From the NCBI GenBank assembly GCA_043228905.1, contig JBHGNT010000009.1:10354001-10418000 (forward strand): a stretch of 64,000 nt of DNA, in the 5' to 3' direction. The notes below the pieces were generated by a model. That model was not told where the DNA came from and searched no databases. It was given only the letters and a program-made list of their open reading frames with translations. The stretch is from Azolla caroliniana. Taxonomy: Eukaryota > Plantae > Polypodiophyta. Shown here piece after piece: positions 38,501 through 52,871 of this stretch. The translations under genes were made by a program, and so were the position numbers. Numbering within the stretch: position 1 is the first letter of the stretch; every line of letters starts with the position of its first letter.

Positions 38501-41488
38501 AAGGTCACTCACGTTCAATTGTTGCCTAAGGAGTTGGTGCCTATGCATGAATGTGCTGTGTCTGAGATGACAGATGTCTCAGACGTCAAGGCAAATCACC
38601 TTGAAATCTGTGAGAGGAACTTGTTACCTGGAGTTAATGCAATGGATTTATTGAGGTTGGCTTATGAGGATGGCACATCTGTCTCTAGCCCTGAAACTAT
38701 CGGTGCTAAGGATTTAGAATCTCAAGGAATCCTAGAATCAGAGGCCTCATCTCTTGTACTATCTTCTGAGACAGATAAGAATAAATTGTCTTTAACTGGA
38801 TCAGAGACGGAGATGGTGTTTGAAAATGGAAGTATTAATGTAGAAGTCGAACCTATGGAGAGCAAGGACATCTCCTTGTGTACAACGAACAATCAAACTC
38901 TGAGGGAAATAGGTAACGTGTCTGACATTGATGGGGTCTGTGAAATAGCTGGAGACGACCTTGATTACGAGAGTCAAATGTTAGCTGAAAAAGAAGAATG
39001 CGCGTGTGTTCAAGAGCATACACTCGATCAACCTTCTTTCAACTCAAAGAGCACCTATCTAAATAGAAAAGACCTATTGGCAGTTTCATGTAGTAGTACA
39101 AAACACAAGTCAAAGAGAATGAATGAAAGCACCAACATCAGTATATTGGATAGCTCAAACAATCCGACAATTTGTCCTGATGGAGGTTCAAATGAAGAGA
39201 AAGGTGCTGCATCAAAAATAGGTGAACCAGTTGCCAAAAAGGTTGGAGATGAGGATGTAACAATAGAATACAAGTCTTTGGAATGTATTGATGAACAGCT
39301 GGAAGGTTCAAATCAAGTTGTCCATTTAACAGCGTATGAAAAGGGCATTACTGTTCTTCTTTCAGAAAACACCTCAATGTCAGAAATAGTTGTTAATGTT
39401 TCTTTAGAACATGTAGATCAGGAATCTGTAACAGGTCAACATGAGGGAGGTCATGTTTATGAAGTGGGTGATCGAACAAAAGATTGCCACTTATATGCAG
39501 TGAGTTCTGACAGTCAGAAGGTTTCCGAGGAGCCATATGCAAAAAAACAGATCTCATATGGATTTGTCAATAATGGCAGGCAGAGGGACAGTTCTTTGAG
39601 TGAAGAGGGAAGTTTAACCAGTCAAGTGGAACTTAAGAATTTGAGTAAGAAGACAGCGACTGAAGGAACTGAACTGCAAGAAATTAATGATGAAGCATTT
39701 GTTGATTGTATTGGAAACTCAATCATATGCACACAAAATGGTCTTCAAGGAAGGATAGACATGCCCGAGGATGGGCGTCTAGTTGATGTAATCAAAATCA
39801 AGGAAACAGATATAGTGAATTTGCAAAGAAGAAAGTTTCCTTTAACAAATGACACGTGTCTAAGTTCCAGTGATTGTGGACAAGCGAAGGAGAGGCTAGA
39901 TAATGTTGGTGCAAACAATGCAGTGACATGCATGACTCCAACAAATGATGCAAAGGCGACTAATTTAATGTTTTCTGATTTGGAGATACACCTGGGGTGT
40001 GCCAGCAGTGTCTTTGAAGATGAATCACATCAGCTCAGTTCATATAGATACAAGAGGACAGTTTCAGGTCTCGCTACACAGAGCTCGTGCTTTAAACTAG
40101 AGAAACCAGAAACCTCCAGTCAGGAGCCTGGTAAATTTGTGACAGATGAAGTTATTTCCTCCCAAATCTTGGGGTGTACAGAATTTAGTGTAATTGCTGA
40201 GATGATAGACAAGGAAGCTTACCAACTCAAAAAGGTTGAAGTCCCTCGTGATGAGAACCCCGTGACGAAGACAGACATGATCACAGAGAACAAACTTCTT
40301 CCAGATCTCATCACTTTGTTGGAGTGCTTACGTATGATAAGCTCTCATAAGTTTGCTCCATTTTTCAAGTTGAGACCAGACATACAGGTGAGTCTCTTAT
40401 TTCCCCTTTCCCTCTTTAGCCGGGCATGTCTGAAATTAATAATATGCTACTATATGCAGACTAATGCCAGATATAAAAGTGTCATTAAGAGGCACATGGA
40501 TCTGAATGCTGTCAGAAACAAACTGGAGGAAGGAAAATATTCAGCTAATGGGGAGTTCTTTCGTGACATGCTTTTGATTTTTAATAATGCACTTGTATTT
40601 TATTCAAAAGAATCTAGGGAGTACGGTGCTGCTCATGTTCTTCGTGAATTCCTCATTAAGGAAATGGAACGTTTGCTGAAGACTGAGACTAATGATAGAA
40701 GTTCCTCTATTAATCAAGTTGTCAAAGGCTTAGAATCAAAAGCCTCAAGTATTAACGATTCTCAAGGTTGGTTAGGGCCAGTTTGGTCATCTTCTTCTAA
40801 TCATATAAGCTGCAAGGCTGAGTTGGATAATGAGGTGGGTGTGAAGGAACCAGAGATGGCTCCAGTAATTGAATGCAATGAATCGAATAAATCTGCAATG
40901 GTTAAAGATCTGGAACGAGAGGACAGGCTGAAGGGAAAAAGTAGAACTGTTAGGAAAGGGAGCAAAACCAATGCACACAAGCAACAAATTGAAGATATGA
41001 AGATGGAGGTGTCTGGTGTGAATGAACAGGGTGTTATTCCAATAGTACCTATAGAAGGTAATGAATTAGATAAATCTCCCATAGCTAAAGATCCGGACAG
41101 GCCCAAGGGAGCAGGTAGAAGTGTTAGAAAGGGGAACAAAACTAAGGTACACAAGCAACATATTGACGATGAGAAGACAGAGAAGCTGTCTGGTTCAAAA
41201 GAACGAATATCTAGGGAGAAACATATGAAAATTTCGGAAGTTGTGAGTGCAAAGCATACACCAAAGAAAGAATCATTGGCTTCTCAAATTTCTTTTAAGG
41301 AAAGTAACTTGAAAAGAGAACGTGCTGACAATAGGAGTTCAAAATATGAATCTGTAAGGCGACCTACAGAATCAAGGAAAACTACAAGCAGTCAACGGTC
41401 TGGTCGAGGTGCTTCACAATTGAAACAGAATGTCCCTAAAGGGAATCAAACACAACAGTCACAAAAGCGAGCCAGAACTCGGTTGTAA
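35583..41488 (+). CDS. SANT/Myb + coiled-coil + bromodomain chromatin protein; exons 35583-35768, 35851-35915, 37607-37696, 37798-40387, 40460-41488
   Basis: WSTWEDLLLASAVLKHGTCNWDMVSSELRSR (SANT), IPWFEEVRKLRITQLKRELE, bromodomain YKSVIKRHMDL..FFRDMLLIFNNALVFY. Splice phases consistent; exon 2 donor is the least certain. Confidence 0.85.
35920..37200. repeat. Degenerate ~60 bp minisatellite in intron 2 with a recent 122 bp dimer duplication
   Basis: Recurrent caaattaagcaagcagattctgatttgttctcattttgatc; 36661-36782 nearly identical to 36783-36904. Confidence 0.85.
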
Positions 41489-44349
41489 TTTTGGTTTCTA
41501 CATGATTGCGTATTAATATAGCATTGAATTAAACACTTGTGTAAAGGAGTTTTGTGCTTATCTTTCTTTGCAGTCGATTGACTGGATCTAACTAATTTCT
41601 TATGTCAATGGTATCATAGGCAAATGTTTGAAGTACCTTTGCTTCACAGCTTGTGCTGTTGTTTTTGATTGTGTTCCATTCAGGACAATGGAGATGTTGG
41701 CTAAGAAAGTCTTGGTTCTAGATCTGGGATAATTTTTGGTGAAGTCTCACAATATTTTGAGCCATTGAAGTTTCAACCTTTGCAGTAGCATTTCACCACA
41801 TGTTCCCCTTGCACCTATAATTTTCCTCCGATGAATTGAAAGTTCATGATACCAAGCACTATACTATACCCCATTGAAATATTCTATACCCGTTTGAACA
41901 TATGAAACTTCCGTCAACATTGCATTAAAATGAAACTTGGTCTATTAGTAAAAAAATGTTTTACTTTAGCAAAACCAATGTCGCTTTTGTAATTTTATTA
42001 TTTTTCCTATGCCTTTGAGTCCTGCCGGTTTCTTTCTCCTTCTATCTTGTTGTTTCCAAGGTGAGATCACATTTTCAGATGTAATATTTTGCTTGGTCTC
42101 ATAGGACATTTTGGGCTCTGTAAGAGTCTAATCTATCTATCTATCTATCTTCTTCTGTGCACATAGATGGGCAATGGCAATTTGTCATGCACATAGGCTA
42201 CCTACGTTTATCTGGACCAGGCCCCATCACCCTTGTTATTAGCATATCAAGTCCATTATCACCTGACATTGAAGGTGCTTCCCTTGCTTCGGAGGCCTTC
42301 CATCTTGTATTCGCCCACATTGGAGATACTTTAAAACAGAAGCCCAGTCAATCTAAGCTCAGAATGTTTGCTTAGCTAATGAAATTATCTGGTATCTTAG
42401 AGAATTTTTTCTAATCTGGTTATATTTATTTTGGTGATTGTTCAGCCTCTCAAAAGACACTAACAAGCCTATTTTTCTATCTCTTTTTCTTTCTCGCTTC
42501 CATTTTTAATTTTTCTGTTTTGCTTTACCATTTTAAAATCCAACCACCTAACGACGGGAAGAGTGATATGAAACAATTCTGGTCCTATAGGGTCATATTG
42601 CCCCCCTGTGGGCGTCAAATATCATAACTGTCGTCGTCTCTGATATCTGATTTCTGGAACCTCAAATCATTCTGCTATCTTGCAATTGTCAACTTTTAAA
42701 CATTTTGTAACATCCAATTTCTTATTTGATCACAGAGTTTCAGTTAAATATTAGTTAGGTTTCATTAATTTCTGAAATCAGTTCATTGCTGAAACTAGTA
42801 CCAGAAATTACTTGAGCAGTCTCTCTCTATATATGCATCTATATATTGATTTTAGGAAACTGGTTCGTAAATTTTCTTAACGAAACAAAATTCTGTCTTG
42901 AAACCTCAGAAAAACAATGACATTTCTTTTGGCACTGTTTCACACAAACAGAGCAATGTTGTGGGCTCATTTTTTGCCATTTTCATTTGACTTGGGAGAG
43001 AAGTATTTGCAAAAAGAACTCATACATTTGAGTCGATATAGAGCCACACCACATTTTCAATTTTCCAAAGGACTTTGGTGCATTCCGTCCATTTTTCCAT
43101 GGATGTCCAAGACTCCAAATTCATTGTATAATATAGAAGTATACCCTGAATAACTTCAACGCATTCTGTAAGTTTTTGGAGGACCACAATAACTCAAGTT
43201 AGAGTGTTCAGGCTTACTAACCAAGAGATATCACTAATATCTCACAGGTCTCACAGGGATAGCAGTTTGTAAACAAAGTAGTGTATGTTCAAATGTAAAA
43301 TAAAACTTGCAACAGGTCACCAGGTATTAAATTGAAACATGAGAACAAAATTTGGCATATGATTTGAGGCAGTAAGTTCTTTTTCGCCAGCTGAAATCTC
43401 CAGGTTTCAGGAATTCTTTCTTAACCAGGGTCTACAAACAGTCTGTCTCGTGCAATTAGGACCATACTTAGAAGGGAAAACAATGCTTCAGATCTTGTGG
43501 ATGCAATGAACTACTGACAATGGCATGTAATTAGGACTGAGCCTAGAAGAGAAAACAATGCTTCAGATCATGAGGATGCAATGAAGTATTCACAATGTTT
43601 AGTGACACTTAAAGGGAAAGCTGTAAAAACTTGACTGAAATGTAGGGTGCATCCCCCTGTCTGGATTGATGGCATGAAACTGTTACGCCGTGGTTTTGTG
43701 GTTCAGTTCGGTTCACTCTGCTATGTTCAACTTCGTGTGTAGTAGTTACAGAATGTTCTGCTGCTACTGTTGATGATCTCCCCATCTTAAACATGTACGC
43801 AAGTGGTTTCAATTATATCTATGATCAATCATTCGTGGTCTAGTTACCGAGTCATTTGTGAGTAGATAAAAAAAGAAGCTTTTATGTATATCATCATAAT
43901 TCACAGCTTCCAGTTTATAAAGCAGCCAATTTACTGTTCCCCAAATGACATGCATCTCCTAATCAACGAATCTCAAAACTTGTCGCCACATGTCCTGCTC
44001 ATAAGCATTGCCTTTTTTCCTCCTACTTCAAGAAGCTTGGCAATATACTTAGGGTTGCAGGCATGTGAGAAGACCTCGTAGGTTCCAAGCTTCAACACAC
44101 TTGCTGCTCCCACATCCCTTAAAGTGAGAAGATTCTGGTGTATCAATCTCATGAGTAGGTGAACTGAGAGAAAGTCTTGAACTACTCGTTTAACCATATT
44201 CCACAATATGTGGGCCAATACAAGGGGAATCTGATGTCCACGTTGAAGCTTGGTGTCCTGTCCATATGAAAAGGCAGCACTATGCACAGAATAGAAACAC
44301 TACCGGAATTGGGGAGAGCCGAATCCTCCCAAAAAGTCAAAAAAGCTAT

Positions 44350-44415
<66 letters not shown>

Positions 44416-44570
44416 GTGCTTAGGATGCTCAATCCGCCCAAAACCAGTGGAAGACTGCTACAACGGAGTTAATGAAATTCTTGGTATTGGCTTCTCTTTT
44501 TTGGAATAGAAGACCCTATTTATTAGTAGCGAGAGAAAAAGAGAACCAACTCTCCACACACACACACAAC

Positions 44571-47500
44571 CGATTTTCTTTTCAGACTATATACGCGAAT
44601 GGTCAAGGATATGTCATATCCGTGGAAGCCATTTTCTTAGTACAATGAGGTCTTGCCATGTGAACCATTCGTGTGCATCCAACCGAAAAGGAGACAAACA
44701 TTTTCACACTCAATCTCTTGTTGGGTATCTCATAGGACGCCCTGAAGCTACCCACATGGTTAACTCCTTCCGGGTGGCCCCATGCCCCATTGGTGCAGAC
44801 CATAGCTTCCTATACTTTGAGCTAAAACGCGACACCTCCCACGCCACCAACTCTAGTCAACCAAACCATCACACCATAATACATTTCACGCATGAGCTCG
44901 TTGACATCTACTCCCAACATGTTCAAGCCCATCTCCCCTCTTTTGATTCTTCCTTGCCTTTAGAGAACCTCACTACAAAACTCGCACACATCCTTCACTC
45001 AACAGCAATTAGTAGCTACCCATACACGAAACACTCCAATCATAGTAGAATAGGGTCTATGCCACAAAATAAGTGGTATGATGAGGATTGTAGAGAGTTG
45101 TAAAGACAACTTAATGTGTCGCGACTTAGTGGTATTATTTCCTCAGTATAGGCTTGCAAAGAGATGTGCAAGATGACACGTCGTAAAAGACGAGATTGGG
45201 AAACATCTCAATATTGGGAACTCTACCATATGCTCATGAGTAGGGACTGCGCCCTTGCATGGAAGAGACTACGGGAACCGCGGCCACAAACACCCATCAA
45301 GGATCCCAATATTTGGCACACATATCGAGAGACTCTACCATGTCCTGAACCAACCACCCATTCCAATGCCTTCCACACCTCGACCTACCATGGGGACACT
45401 TTTCACGACCTTTAGGGTCACGAAGGTCATAAAAAAATTACAACATAGGAAATCCATGGACCACACAGGATTGCGAGCCGAGCACATCATATATGCTCGA
45501 GAGTGTCTAGCCCCCTTTCTCACTCTAATCTTCAACCGCGCCCTCGCCGAGGGTTTTCCACTACAATGGACCATGAACATAGTGGCCCCTACACATAAAG
45601 GAGGGGACCCAATGGACCCAAATACATATAGGACCATTATGATAGGTCATACGCTCACTAAACTATATGGTGCAGTAATGGAAGCGGAGCTCAACGATTA
45701 TATGGAAACATTAAGTCTTCGAGCACCTAAGTAGGCCGGCTTTAGACGAGCCTTCTCCACTGTTGACCATATCTTCACACTTAGGTGCTTAATTGACCAG
45801 ACGAAGGCTCGTAAGAAGAAACTATATTGTTGCTTTGTGGACTTCCGCAAAGCCTTTGACACAGTTCCTAGGGAGAGGTTGTTTGATACACTTAAGAGCT
45901 TGGCGATACCAAATGACATGATCTGGGCCATTTATGCCCTATACGAGCAAGTCTCTGGGTGCGTAAGATGCCCAAGTGACCTATCTGATTGTTTCACTAG
46001 CACCATTGGTGTAAAACAGGGTTGCCCCCTATCACCGACTCTTTTTGGGATCTACATTGATGAGATCACTGATTTTATTGCTCGTAAGGGAGGCAAGGGA
46101 GTAACTATTGGGATACACAAGTTAGTCTCTTACTCTACGTAGACGACATTGTCTTGCTCTCGGAGTCGGAACACGACCTACAAAAGCATCTTAATGCCCT
46201 AGATGACTTTTGTACACAACGAGGATTGGTAGTGAATCTAGAGAAAACTAAAGTCCTTATCTTTCAGACATCGTCCCGAGTTAGGAGTAAATGTCACCTA
46301 ATCCTCTCTCATAAACTAGTTGAGGTAGTTGGATCATATGTATACTTGGGAGTCACCTTTAGTGCTCGCTCAGGTAAATTCTCGATGACCCAAGCAGCCA
46401 AAGATAGGCTAATGAGAGGGTATGCATCCCTCTCACTCTTAGAGAGACAATGCCACCATGCATACTTTCAAGAGCCACAGACTAAGGGATGGCTCTTCGA
46501 CTCATTAGTGACCCCTTTCCTCATGTATGCATAAGTAGTATGGGCTCCAGGTCTACCATCTTTCATGTGGACGCAATTAGAGAGACCTTTGGTGATGATG
46601 TTATCACGTCAACTCCGAAGCAAATCGACATTACCACATGACATTATTAGAGTAGAGTTTAGTTTGCCCCCGATATTAGTACTTTTTCAAGTGGTAGTTT
46701 TTATTCATCGGATACATAGCCAACCACAAGATAGGATATCTCGTCGAGCCTTTGAGGCATCCTGATCCTTACATGCGTCTGGAGACACTAGCTCTTGGTA
46801 TAATATTGTGGTGAGTTGGTTACTTGCAAACGGCATAGACATTAATAACCTACCTCCCCTTAAGTACAATCATGGGACTGATCAAACTCTAATATCTCAT
46901 GAAGATCGTAATAAAGTGTTACGCCAAGAAATATGGCAAAGTTACACTTGATATAAATGGATCACCCCACGAGAGCCACTTCCATCTAAAATGTTGTACT
47001 ATAAGGAACACTTCTTGCACTTCTCTAAGTTAGGTTTTATTACACGACCAAGATATCTAGATACATTCTTATCAAATGCACTAAGGGTGGCCATTGGACA
47101 ACTTAGGATATCATCTCACCAACTTGAGATTGAGAATGGTTGGGCTAATAGAGTTCCTAGAGAGGAAAGGCTATGTAGGTTATGCCACATAGAGATAGAG
47201 GATGAGTATCACTTCACATGCAAGTGCCCAACTTATGCCGAGATACGGGCGGAATACCAAGACATATTAGGACCCTCTCCCACCCTCTCCAAACTATTAG
47301 ATACCCCGGACGTAAAGAGACAAGCTAGGTATATCTTAGAGCTAAAACAACATAGGGAGAATAAATTACAAAGTGTTGACCATAACCCTTTTACTATTCA
47401 TCAACATGTAACTAGTGTAATTTTTCAGGAACAAGGGGAGACGATGAATGTGGATACACTTATGCTGCTCGGCCTCTCTCTTGAGGAAGCAGAAATGCAA

Positions 47501-47771
47501 AGAACAACCAAATGCCCTTGGATGTTGGGCTTCAAAACAAGTCGATATGGAGTAGAACATCATTTTCATTGTAGAACATGTTTTTTATATAGAACATGTT
47601 TGTTATTTTACTAGAACTATTTAGCTTTAAACTCTATTTTTATCTTATTTTTATTTTTATTTTTTACTTTCGATGAATGGGTAAATATCCTATTTTTTGT
47701 TGTAAACCATTTGTCTCATGGGTCAATTTTGGCCTTAGAAGACGTTAATATATCTTTCTTTCTTTCTTTCT
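44571..47771 (+). mobile_element. 5'-truncated LINE (RTE-X/L2-like): endonuclease end, RT, C-terminal CCHC, (TTTC)n tail
   Basis: GADHSFL, YRTIMIG, FVDFRKAFD, GVKQGCPLSPTLF, frameshifted YVDD, RISSHQLEIENG..RLCRLC..EDEYHFTCKC. Candidate TSD cacaac (44565-44570 / 47772-47777). Confidence 0.9.
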
Positions 47772-49120
47772 CACAACATGTCTTATCAAAACAATCTCTC
47801 TCACATAACTATGAAGATTCCCAATCCTAAGATTGCACCTCCATACTTGATATTGTATCGCCTAAACTCTTAATACAAAACTCCATTTACTATCGTTGTT
47901 ACCCTTCTATTGTATGTGGATGATATGCCCATTCCACATTGTGGAATACATTGGAGATTGCTAAGATTAAGTCTTAGTTTCACAGTGAACTTGACATTCA
48001 AGAGCATTGTAGGAAAGAATATTTACAACTCAAATTTCTATGTATTGAGGAGACTGTTGGAACGATTGGATATGCAAACAACAAATGGTGAGTATTGTTT
48101 CAGCTCACTTTTAGATTTGATTAAAGATTTATAAACTAATTCTATGGGGGATAATAACGATGTGTCTAAGGCTCTTTATACTATTACCATTATGCTTGTC
48201 GTATTATTCACATTAAACAAAAACAAAGCCACAGTTTGTCAGAAAATTAAATGGCTTCTCTATGTAGCGTAGAGAAAGAGAGCAAGTGCACATGCTTGCT
48301 TGCTGTCTGAGAAGAAATTTGATACACAGGGAAAATCCTTTGACAATTTGCCCATTTTTACAGAATGTTTTAAATGAAACTAGAGAAAGGGAATACACAC
48401 ATTAAAACTAAAAGAAACAGCAAAATGTTGGTTATCTATCTTACTAAATAATAGGGAAAGACAGATCTTAAGTCCAGCAAGGCATTCTAAACACTGTATT
48501 GTTAATTGTAACATATGCTTGTGAGAGCAAGCCTTTCGTGAGAGGTTCCAATGCAATATCAACAACTTGACACCAATCTTCATTGTTGTCTTTCAAAACC
48601 TTCTTTCCGTTCATAACACCATTCGTACAATATTTCTCAAAACAGGTTTTTTAAAATTATATCATCATAAAAATAAATAAATATAGATAACAATATTTAT
48701 AACACTACTAAAACACAAAGATAAAAAATAGTTTAGTTAAAATGTTTATACAAGGGAATATTTTATCCACTCAAAGAACGGCTTCTGCCCATGTCTCTTC
48801 TTTTTTGCAAAGTCTTCCTTCATCATCACGACACAATTACATTATTGTTAGTATGCAAAACACTCATCACTTACGTAGAATATTTGCCTCTTTTTCCACG
48901 ACTCTCCTTTTTGGATGGAATGGCATCATTAAATAAGTGAATCAGAAACATTCTTGAAAATCTGTCAGAGAGAAACTGATGACCATGCAAAACACATATA
49001 TAGTTCAACACATCTTTCTTTGCTTTTTTAGCCATGAGAAAACGAATGAGGGATACAAATCAAAACACGTATCTTAAGAAAAATAAGTACATGTTTCGAA
49101 TTCATAGATGGTCAAAAACT

Positions 49121-52100
49121 TCAGCGTGATTTTGATTTCTGAATGTCATATAAAATACATGCTTCAGCAGCTGAGCGAATCTGTTAAAAAAGAGTCAAAG
49201 AGGTTCTTCGTTAAAATCTCCAGCATATTCATTCCATCGACTATTATTAAAACCATTTTTCTTAGAAGAAATGTGTTCAGAGAGAGGGTATATGATCTCT
49301 CAAACTAGAAATATGAACGTTTCCTATAACATAGCATTAGATCCGTTCCCTTTAGACTCAATCCCACAACCTTAAGATTAAACAGTGTAATATATCTACC
49401 ATTACACTATGTATTTTAATCAGCATTTTGACCTAAATTTATTCTTCACTTCAGACTTTCCTGTCAGTAATACAATATATTACTAAAAACAAGCCTCTGT
49501 GAGTGTGTGTACTCACATATCCTCTCTCACATACCACAATGATAGGCCATGTACCTGAAGAAAATTGACCAGTTGCTTGATTGCCCATCCTGGTAGAGCT
49601 ATCATTCCAAGAATAACCCAAGGTGATGATCTCCTGATAGCATCTTGTACAACCTAGCATGCCAATCGTGACCAAGTAAGGCACCAAATGGGAGACTTTT
49701 GTATATTATCCACTATAGACATGAATTGATACTTACATCCAAGATATCGTCAAATTTCTCTTGTGCAATAACATACAATATCAAATACATTACCTGCAGA
49801 CATTCATGATTTTGGTGTGGTCTCATTAAAATTGAATATCCCTCATTTCTAATGGAAAAAGTTTTTATCTTACTTCTGCTCCAATACAGCAATATCCCAT
49901 AAACATGCGATTTTGATAATATGCTTTCAGTAGTCTGCTCTTACTATCGACAACATCCTTGTGACTTGCTTTGCTTGATAAGAACATACTGCAAGCTTCA
50001 CATATCTTCCCGTGAGATTAAGCTTCCACATTACATAAATACATGCATGTCTGTATATATCCATCCATCAATGCACACATGTGCATCCATACACATATAT
50101 AGCAGACACCATACCTGTACATCTGAATCCAATGACTTGCAATATCAAGGGCTAGCAACCCAAGAAAAAACCCGAAGCAACTCCTACACTACCAAAAAAG
50201 CCGATATGAGAAGATGTCAAAGATTGAAATATGAGCTTGAAACAAATATGTACGAAAGGACTTACTTGTAGTAGTGGGAAAGCACTACTAGAAGTCCAGC
50301 TGTGCTTACCCTAGAATTAGACAAAATATTGGGTAATTCCATGCATAAAAAAAACATATTTCATATTGCAAAATATTTTCGTTAAAATGTTAAACAGGTA
50401 TGTTAAAATGAGATACCTATCTGTGACCATATCAAGAACAGCTCCAAATGTAGATGCTGCACAAATGCACTAGAATCAATGTAATTGTGACTACAAATAT
50501 TATAAAAAGTTGTCTGAATTATTTTAATCATGAATGATAATTTATATCTCATTCTCCACATTATGTGCACAATATTTGTGGCTATGATCATTATCAAAAT
50601 GCTTTCGTGATTATTTTAGTCCAAGAGCCCATGAGGACAAAATGACAATATTTAATTTTTGCTCAATTGCATTATAAACGTTTTTTGAATAGTTCTCCCT
50701 CGAGTAAAAAAAACTTTCTTATGTACATGTTTGAAAGATATATGATTCAAATTAATCAAATTGAAGATAAAAGTTGACACCAAATAAGAAATATAGTGGT
50801 TTGGTGTTTGCATTAGTTATTTTATCATATTTTGCAGTTGCTCTTCTCTCCTAGAATTTCCTTGTCCTGTTTTGGAAATGCCTTTAATAGTAGGACAATG
50901 CTACTGTTTTCATTCTTCATGTTGTTGAAAATGTGGCAATGCCAATGCTGGAAACCATTTTTTTTGAGAAGTGAACTGGTGTATCCAGAATCAACTAAAA
51001 TCAAGAATTTTCATAGCACAACATCAAACTCATTGCTCGAGACTTGAACATTAATCTTTTAATGCACACGATTGACCATTAAACAATTGTGTTTATATGT
51101 TTGAATTGGAATTTTACAAATTAAGTACGATATCCTCATAATTCCATGAGAGACCATTAGTAGGATGCTCAAAAGAGCGATATATCATGTAAGAAACGCC
51201 ATATATTGAAATTGGGATTGATAGCAAAGAATCCAACACTTCTTAGTCATGATTTTCAAATATATTTATAATCATTATGCTTACAAATTTGCCTCAATTT
51301 ATTCCCTTAAATTTCTATTAATCTTAACTCAACTTATACATATTTCAATTACAGTATCCATTATCTTAAGAGGCAACCAATGATCTTATGACGCCAGAAT
51401 CATCTTATGTTAACCATTTATTGAGTTCCCTCCTCTTTATATATGTTATAAAGTCTTTCTAAGATTTGAATATAGGAGAAGTAAGAAAAATCACTCACTT
51501 TGGTTTAGAAGCCTTGCAAACCGACCATCCAATTCATCACAAATGAAGCTGCAAAGAAATAATGGGGGATTATCAAAATGAAAGCATTTGTCATATATAC
51601 ATCCATATTGTATATAATACATATGAAATATACATACATACACATGTATACATCCTTGTATCATAGCAACACGCATATGCATGTGCCTGAATAGCTAGCT
51701 ATACACATATACAAAGTTTTTATGAATTTATGTGAATATAGCTATCTATGCATGTATATGTAAATTGCAATATACATACATCGATATAGAGCTAGATATA
51801 CATGTGCATGTACATAGATATATGCATATGTAACATCAAATAACATATATTTGAATCTTTCTTCATCAACATTACGTTTTAAGTAAAGCAACGAAAACTA
51901 AAACATGAGAAAATAACATTAAGAAAGAACCTCATGAGATAAAGGCCAGTAAAGAGGTTCTTGTTGGTAAAAGCGTAGCCAAAACCAACGAGATTGGCCA
52001 GGATTCTGGCATATCCTGCGAGAGAGAAAGAGAGACGGGTGGAAGCAGATAGGTTTCCATGAAAACGTAGCCTTTTTCCAAGAAATGAATTATGCAGGAA

Positions 52101-52204
52101 AACAAAGTTGCAAAGGAAACGACAAAGAGATAAGCGATAGGGAGAGACTTACCGATCAGATTTGGTACGTATAGATAGATGGGCCAAGTCCTTGGAGGAG
52201 CCAT
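49121..52204 (-). CDS. PIS: Phosphatidylinositol synthase (CDP-DAG-inositol 3-phosphatidyltransferase); exons 52204-52153, 52015-51931, 51548-51499, 50456-50417, 50310-50266, 50183-50115, 49988-49874, 49793-49737, 49653-49555, 49180-49121
   Basis: IYLYVPNLIGYARI, CDP-alcohol phosphotransferase motif DELDGRFARLLNQTSTFGAVLDMVTDR, LALDIASHWIQMY, SHKDV, GWAIKQLVN. Ten GT-AG-bounded exons in frame. Confidence 0.95.
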
Positions 52205-52871
52205 AGCTCGTCTTTCCGACTGTCTTTGCGTCTGCGTTCGTTGAGCTCTCTGCATCTAGCGATGCAAAGACCGGCTCAACTCTCTCTCTCTCTGTCTCTC
52301 TCTCTGTCTTTCTCTCGTTGAGCTCTCTGCGTCTGCCTCTGTATTATTTGGCATGGCAAATGATATGTACATAGATAGATACATGCTTTATGTTTATTAC
52401 AAATTTACCCCCCGCCTCTCCAAGTTCTTTTTTGTTCTGGTAAAAAAGCACACAAACAATTACAACTTCTCAGAAGACCCCTCTACCTACTTACCTACTT
52501 ACCTACCTACGGAGGATCCTCATCTGTAAAACCCTTAAAAAAAACCTGAATATTATGCACTTGACGAATTTATTCCCACATGCTCTCTAACATCCAGAAA
52601 TCCTACATAAGCATGCCTCTCAACTTCCTCATGTATGCCTTCAAAGTTCACCCCAAGTCTACCATCAAACATGAAAGCATTACACGTATTCCAATTGTAT
52701 TCTAGTCCCCAATATTCTAAAATTTGGAACAATATCTTTAGCTCGTCATTTGGAGCATTTTGAACATTCTAAGAAAACCCCCATTGTTGAGGCCTCAAAT
52801 AACAAAGGGTTAAAACTTGCCAAATATCTGATAAGTACTTACAAATGATATGCGCTATAGGACATGTAATG

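Noticed and set aside
37757-41488. 1243 aa ORF as a single-exon gene
   Set aside because: Starts in intron 3 and reads through a 72 nt intron; the real N-terminus lies in upstream exons.
41600-42375. Possible 3'UTR introns of the bromodomain gene (e.g. 42061-42166)
   Set aside because: Splice-like signals only; cannot be supported without transcripts.
43609-44287. Minus-strand ORFs of 67 and 104 aa as a gene
   Set aside because: No recognisable motif or consistent splice structure; needs BLASTX.
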